DNA of 64,000 nucleotides from Octopus vulgaris (lineage: Eukaryota): the NCBI GenBank assembly GCA_951406725.2, contig OX597818.1:123504001-123568000 (forward strand), in the 5' to 3' direction. The notes beneath the pieces are model-generated. The model saw nothing but the letters and a program-made list of their open reading frames with translations, did no database searches and had not been told where the DNA came from. The translations under genes were made by a program, and so were the position numbers. This document shows positions 56,661-64,000 of this stretch, piece by piece (the first letter of the stretch is position 1; every line of letters starts with the position of its first letter).

Positions 56661-57860
56661 GGCTGCCCCCTCGTTATCGAGTATGGCCATTGCACGAAGC
56701 TTAACTGTTACTGGTGCTGTGATCGAATGTGACTTTTTAGCCCAGCTAAAGATCTACAATGTCTTGTACAAAATTGGCAACTAAGACCTTTACTGGTAAT
56801 AGCCGGCTGTAGTTGTAACTGGGCTTCATGTACCTTTACATGTCGTTTAAGTCCTCCTGCCGAATTACACTCTCTTCCACATGCCCGATAGATATGATTA
56901 GTATGGTGTGTTACACCACCACCAGTGGCCAGGTTGTCACTTATCTGTCTCGTTTTATGACAACGAAGATGACTCATGAGTCCAGCTTTACTGAGGCAGG
57001 GTCTTGAACAGACATTGCATGTCAGAATCAAAGGAAGACCCTTCCCTTCTGGAAGTGTAACAGCGATGCCCTTCCTGACATCCCTCCTTACTTTCTCATG
57101 TGCAACTCGAGATTTTTCAAACGTGGCTGTCCCCTCATACACAATCCTTCTCCACCTGCTACGATCAATAGCTATGCCTTCCCATGTGTCAGGAGAGATG
57201 CAAGCATCTCTTAAGGAAGCCTTCAGCAAGTCCTTATACCACTTTTTTGGTTTATGTGGAGGTCGTTCTCCTTCAGCTAACTCTCCATAAAAGAGTTGTT
57301 TTGGCATCCTTGAATCCTTCATTCTGACCAGATGACCACTCCATCTGAGCCTTTGCTTTAACACAAGAGCTTCTATACTTACACACCGAGAGCCTTCGAG
57401 TATTTCAAGATCACTGATGCGGTCCTTCCACTTAATGCTATAGATCCGTCTGAGGGACGTCTGATGGAAACGTTCCAGATGTTTAAGGTGATATCGATAT
57501 GTGACCCACGTCTCGCAGGCATAGAGAAGAGAAGGGAGCACACATGCCTTGTACACCTTTATCTTTGTCTTTCTGCATGTCTGGCCGACTCCAGAGGCGC
57601 TTTTCTAGCCTTCCGAAAGCAACACTTGCTTTTCTAATTCTATATGGAACTTCATCATCCACATTGCCATATCTATTAATAATGCTTCCCAGATAGACAA
57701 ACTGATCGACTACGTCAAGTCGTTTACCATTCACATAGATATTTGGTACACTATACTGCATACCAGGGGCACTATACTGCTTACCAGGGCAGGTTGATAC
57801 ATGACAACAGTTTTCTTGAGATTGACTGTCAATCCTAAGGCAGTGCAAGCATCAGAGAAT
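56658..57860 (-). mobile_element. RTE-clade LINE 3' fragment with C-terminal C2H2 fingers
   Basis: [54 protein letters not shown] 56708-57556. Short 3' UTR ends in (TA)n. Confidence 0.92.
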
Positions 57861-58087
57861 GCGTAATATCTAAAAAGTTGGCCTTCGTCATATCGTCGTC
57901 AAAAACGATTTTTAAGCCCATTCTACTGAAAAAATTAACTAAACAATTCTTAACTTTTTGTACCTTTTGGTTGGAAACATTTTCGAGGTAAAGTAAACAA
58001 CCATCAGACCTAAACACATCCAGTAGACGCTCTTCTTCTGAAAGGGAGGAATGTCCAATAGAAGGGAAGGCAAAGGAAGGAAATCGG

Positions 58088-58090
<3 letters not shown>
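57861..58090 (-). repeat. 230-bp direct duplicate of 56379-56608 (Penelope RT piece), a putative long TSD
   Basis: Offset 1482; about 7 substitutions by eye. Confidence 0.85.
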
Positions 58091-58159
<69 letters not shown>

Positions 58160-58284
58160 ATACATACATACATATATATATAGATATATATATATATACA
58201 CATACACACACATACACACACCCATATATTTATACATATATAAATATATATATATATATATATATGCACATATATATATATATG

Positions 58285-58336
<52 letters not shown>

Positions 58337-58375
58337 CATACATATATATATATATTAAACCTCGCCAAGTTAAAT

Positions 58376-58453
58376 ATGTAAACCACCTGAAGAATGACTG
58401 TAACTCGAAAATTTTAAGAATTGAACAGCCATGAAACGATCGTAGTGTTATAT
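58376..58453 (+). ncRNA. Type I hammerhead ribozyme motif
   Basis: aaccac CTGAAGA atgactgt..acagccat GAAA c-gatc-g TA gtgtt. Core intact; stem II pairs 7/8; palindromic stem III loop. Confidence 0.7.
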
Positions 58454-58568
58454 TAATTATCTTTTTTAATAATTTTGATATATATTTAAATAATATAAAT
58501 TAATTAATCTTATGTATTGGCTTAAGTTTTTCATTGTATGATTTGCCTAATAGTGGTTTTATCTCTAA

Positions 58569-58637
<69 letters not shown>

Positions 58638-59320
58638 TATACACATATATGCATATATATTTATATATACAATTTTACGATCTTGTTAAATAGATGTCAT
58701 GCTGGGTACCTGGGTACGCGACATATTGCACAAATGTAAATAGGCTAATGTTTCTGCATACTTAAATATTTCATTTCTTTCTATTTCACAATCTTGCATT
58801 ATTCTACGAAGAATCTGATTCATATACGTCTAATTATTCGAATCATCCCTAATTACAACTTGTAGTTGATAAATCCTCAGATTGTACCCCGGCTTATGTG
58901 TGAAAGCATTGATTTGAGTTACCATACAGACATATATACGTAAATATATACATACATACGTATATACATACATACATATATACATACATATAAATGTATA
59001 TGAGTGTCCATATGTGCACGATTGCGCAATATGTGTGCATATGTGTGTCTGTGAGTCTCTGCGTGTATTCGTATGTATATGCATGTTTATATGTGTATAA
59101 AAATATATACATACTTAACCCATACTCAAATTTATTCACACACATAAAATATATATATATACATATCTCTATACATATACGTATAATACAAATATATATA
59201 TGTAGATACTTGTATACATATGCATATATTTATACATACATATATACATATATATATATATACATATACATATATATACGCAAATATATGAATGTATATA
59301 TCTATACATATATTCATTTA

Positions 59321-59398
<78 letters not shown>

Positions 59399-59630
59399 GG
59401 GGGATTCACGAAAAAAAGAAAAGAGGAAGACAGGTGGTGTAGAAAACAAACAGATGTATTAGTATAACGCTCAGGAATTGAAAAAGTCTTTTACGTTTCG
59501 AGCCTACGCTCCTCCACCGAAAGGAACACAGAAAGAAACAATGAGAGAAAAGTATATGAATATATATCTATAACTATATATATATAGTATCTCATATGTA
59601 TATGTAACTGTATATACCTATACACACACA

Positions 59631-59680
<50 letters not shown>

Positions 59681-59728
59681 GTGCATATAGATATATATAT
59701 ATATATATATACACATATATATATATTT

Positions 59729-59766
<38 letters not shown>

Positions 59767-59904
59767 TGCATATATAATAATATGCATATATGTATGCATG
59801 TAAATATATGTACATACTTATATATATGCACATATGTATACAAATGCATATATATTTTCATGTGCATATACATATGTATATATATACATGCACATACATA
59901 TACA

Positions 59905-59998
<94 letters not shown>

Positions 59999-60082
59999 CA
60001 CTTGCACATGTACATATAATTGTTTACATATTCATATACATATACATATATATACATATACATATACACACACAGACACACA

Positions 60083-60165
<83 letters not shown>

Positions 60166-60546
60166 TATAATTACAGATGCTCGTGTCAATATTTCATAAG
60201 TTTGAAACTTTCATCTGAAATATTATTCATGACTAATAATTACGCTTTGGAAATTTTACTATTTCATATATAAAATTGTAGAATTTATAATTTATACCCA
60301 TAAATATCAAAGTAATTAATAATAATTAATCAACCTAATTAAAAAATTATCCTCTTCCCATACGTTAATTTCACACCATTTTCCATTTCAGAGCTTTTGT
60401 TCATTTAATTTTATGTAGTCACCTAGTTATTAAAAATTTAATAGCTTTACATTCCTAGTTAAACAGGAACCTAGCAATTAGAATAAAACGGGTGGAATGC
60501 ATTGTACGAGTGCGTGCGTTTGTGAATACATACATATATAGATACG

Positions 60547-60637
<91 letters not shown>

Positions 60638-60751
60638 GTTTAAATATTTGTTGTGCAAGATTTTTTATGTGAAGTCGTGTGTTGAAACAGATATTGTTAT
60701 ATTTCGTGTGTTTTTATTGGCTAAACTGGCAATATGACCATTCCGAAATAT

Positions 60752-60790
<39 letters not shown>

Positions 60791-61033
60791 TGTACATATA
60801 TATGACTTTACGTTCTCGTAGTCCGAGAAAGAAGGCTTAGCAATTTCTTGCCGAACAGATGATAGATATTACACACATCAAATGTAAATGTGATCGTAGG
60901 GTAAAGTAAGGTGAAGTGTTGATCAAGGACATGATACACCTCCGAATCCGTTAGAAATTCCTATCTCACGATGGCCGGTGCAACGCCTAGCTCTGCCACA
61001 TGCCCTCATCACCCACCACCAGATGCACAACTA

Positions 61034-61089
<56 letters not shown>

Positions 61090-61093
<4 letters not shown>

Positions 61094-62245
61094 TTCTCGT
61101 AGCTGTTAAGAATCACCATTATTGTATTAAGAATACCCGGAAGTGTTTGTTCGACTAAGCGCTGCTGGCTTAATTACGCCCGAATTTTGCTTAATAGTTT
61201 AGCACTAAATAGTTCATTCTGCTGTTTGTATTGGCAGTTTGGATCATTACTGTGACAAACAATAGATACTTAATTAAATACCAATATTAAATGTTTGAAC
61301 TACCGTGGGTCTTTACTAGGGTTTAAATTTGAAGTTATGTCATATGCTGAAGAGCATGGTAATTGGGCCGCCGGAAGAAAATTTGATGTTGACGAAAGTA
61401 ATGTCAGGTTATGGAGAAGAAATAAAGATGAAATTAGATAGATATCAAAGATAAAGAAGGCAAGAAGTGGGTAAAAAACCAAACATCTTCAGCTTGAAAA
61501 CATTTTGCTTGAATGGGTAGAGGAAAGAAGTGTTGGTGGAATACCATTAATACAGTACATCTGAAGCTAGAGTCAAAACTCATTGCTAAAAAGATTAAAC
61601 TTAATGAGTCAGAATTTAAAAGCATTACGTGGCTGGGCCAGTAACTTTATGTCAAGGCATAAAGTCGTTCACTAACGGTGGAAGGGTTCGCGCTCCCGAC
61701 CCGACTTCGATATGCAAATGGATCGTGTATGCATGGAATGAACTTGATCCCGAGATTATTGTGAAAAGTTTTATCAAATGTTGTGTATCGTCTGCACTTG
61801 GATGGTACTCAGGATGACGTTGTATAGAAATATGAAATACATAAAAGTGAATCTTCTGATGTTGACTATGAATCAGACGATGACGGAGAGTTACACTATA
61901 ATGATGCTGACATGTTTACGGAGGAACAAATGGAACAGTGTTTGATGCTGAAAGTGACGTTGAATTTGAAGGATTTGAATAAATGTTTTTGCTTTTGCTT
62001 TTGTAACTAATAGTGATAAACATGTAAAGGCAATTTACTTAATATTTATTTTTCACTGACGTTATTACTGTTATTTCTTTACTTTCTGCAAACAAAATGC
62101 ACAAAAATGTTACACGTTTGCATTACGTTATAGGACGTTACCTTATACATTTTTACAAACCAAGGACGTTATAAAGACCTCCTTGACCCAAGTTAAAGAA
62201 GGGGTGCGTATTATACACAAGGGCGGAATATACTCGATGATTTAC

Positions 62246-62249
<4 letters not shown>
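61090..62249 (+). mobile_element. Pogo/Tigger-like DNA transposon relic
   Basis: GFKFEVMSYAEEHGNWAAGRKFDVDESNVRLWR (HTH); WIVYAWNELDPEIIVKSFIKCC; acidic tail; right end ..TTTACGGTA. Confidence 0.8.
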
Positions 62250-62285
<36 letters not shown>

Positions 62286-62995
62286 CATACATACGTACAT
62301 ATATATATATACATATACATATATACATACATGTATATATACACATCACGTGATCACGTGACCGACCAGACCATCAGATGTTGTTACACATCGCTGGTCA
62401 CAATGCGTTCGCATTGTTTCTTCGTGTTCGCCACCACAACCTCGCTTAGGCTTAGCAGCCCTTCCGGTTTGTTTTCACTTTTCTGTTTTTGTCCCCATTT
62501 TGACCCTCCACAAGATCTCAAATTTTATTCAATTTGCTATGCGGGAGCAACTGTTTTATCGAAGGTGCATCTTGTCGAGAATTGCTCGAAATGCGGACAA
62601 GAAAAACAGCCAACAGATGAAGGGTCGTTCCTTGTGTTGCTTGTCTTGTATTCCATTTGTTTCTTTCCTTACTTGCAAAACAAGCCCTTATTCCCTGTCC
62701 ACGTACTTCGTATTATTTGTCGTTTATGTTTTGTGACGTCCTGTACCCACATATGGATAATATATATATATATTATTTATTTATAATATTTTGTGATTGA
62801 ACGCCACGCATCCTTTTCAAAGTAAATTTTATCTTATATACAAATATATACATACACACATGGATGTATGTAATTATATACATACATATATGTATGTATA
62901 CATACATATATATATATAGAGATATACATACATATATATACGTATATATACAAACATATATGTATATATGTACATATATATATATATATATATAC

Positions 62996-63039
<44 letters not shown>

Positions 63040-63040
63040 A

Positions 63041-63084
<44 letters not shown>

Positions 63085-63107
63085 ATATATATATATATAT
63101 ATATATG

Positions 63108-63148
<41 letters not shown>

Positions 63149-63197
63149 TATATACACATACATACATATATATATATATATATACATATATATATAC

Positions 63198-63288
<91 letters not shown>

Positions 63289-64000
63289 CAATTTGAATTG
63301 AAAAATTAAATTCTCTAAATACAAATCCCCCTTTCAAAAAAAGCTGATGCAAGTACATCTGTGTTTGGGGAAAAAAGAACCCCATTTAATTTTTTTAATG
63401 TAATGAAAGCATTTTTGGCGGAATTGTTCTAACAATTTAAAATGCCTTTCATAATAAGTAGTCTCAACTGTTGGCGAAAAGTGTATAGGTTTTAGTTGCA
63501 ACATAATTTCAAATCCTTTGATGTTATATACTATTTCATAACTTCAAACATTTTGTATTGTGTATGATCTAGAAATTACGCTAGTTTAAATAGATAAAGT
63601 TTTTGAAAGTACGTTTATACTCGTGAGAGCAGTCAACTGGGTGAATAAAATAGCGAGATTGTAATATTTGGATAAGGGAAGCAGTGTCGATTTAGATGCT
63701 ATTTAGGCTGGATAAAGATAATATATTAGGCGTCGTAAAATAAGAATTCTTTTTTTTTTTTTTTAGAATATTCGTTTAATATTTTGTGATATTTTGTGTA
63801 TGTAAATGTTTTAAAATAAAGTTTAAGAAAATTTTTGTTATAGGTATGAAAACTATTTTACGAAGGACTAACTCCAACGACATCTTTTTTCTGTTTTTAC
63901 GTGGCTATGAATTGCTTTTTATATATATATTATTTCTGAAAGTGTCTATGAAGGTAAAATGTTTGGAAGAGAGACCATATAAGTGTAAGAAAATATTCTT

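Overview
Eukaryotic, AT-rich, non-genic DNA packed with microsatellites and transposon relics. The SINE families and repeat density suggest an octopus or related cephalopod genome (inference). I found no host gene, intact tRNA/rRNA or CRISPR array, and most listed ORFs are microsatellite read-throughs. Content: (1) several tRNA-derived SINE families, one forming 184-bp head-to-tail multimers and carrying a 3' tail that matches the 3' ends of local Tx1 LINEs; (2) LINE fragments that sort by microsatellite: R4/Dong in (TAA)n, Tx1 in (GATA)n, another RLE element in (TACA)n, RTE and Penelope-like pieces at (TA)n; (3) a decayed Penelope-like element (RT + GIY-YIG), several minimal hammerhead ribozyme motifs and a 77-bp-arm fold-back; (4) an RTE insertion flanked by a ~230-bp direct duplication; (5) Helitron, Helentron-type (HINE), mariner, hAT and pogo relics; (6) a degenerate 17-bp minisatellite. 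All alignments and folds were done by eye.
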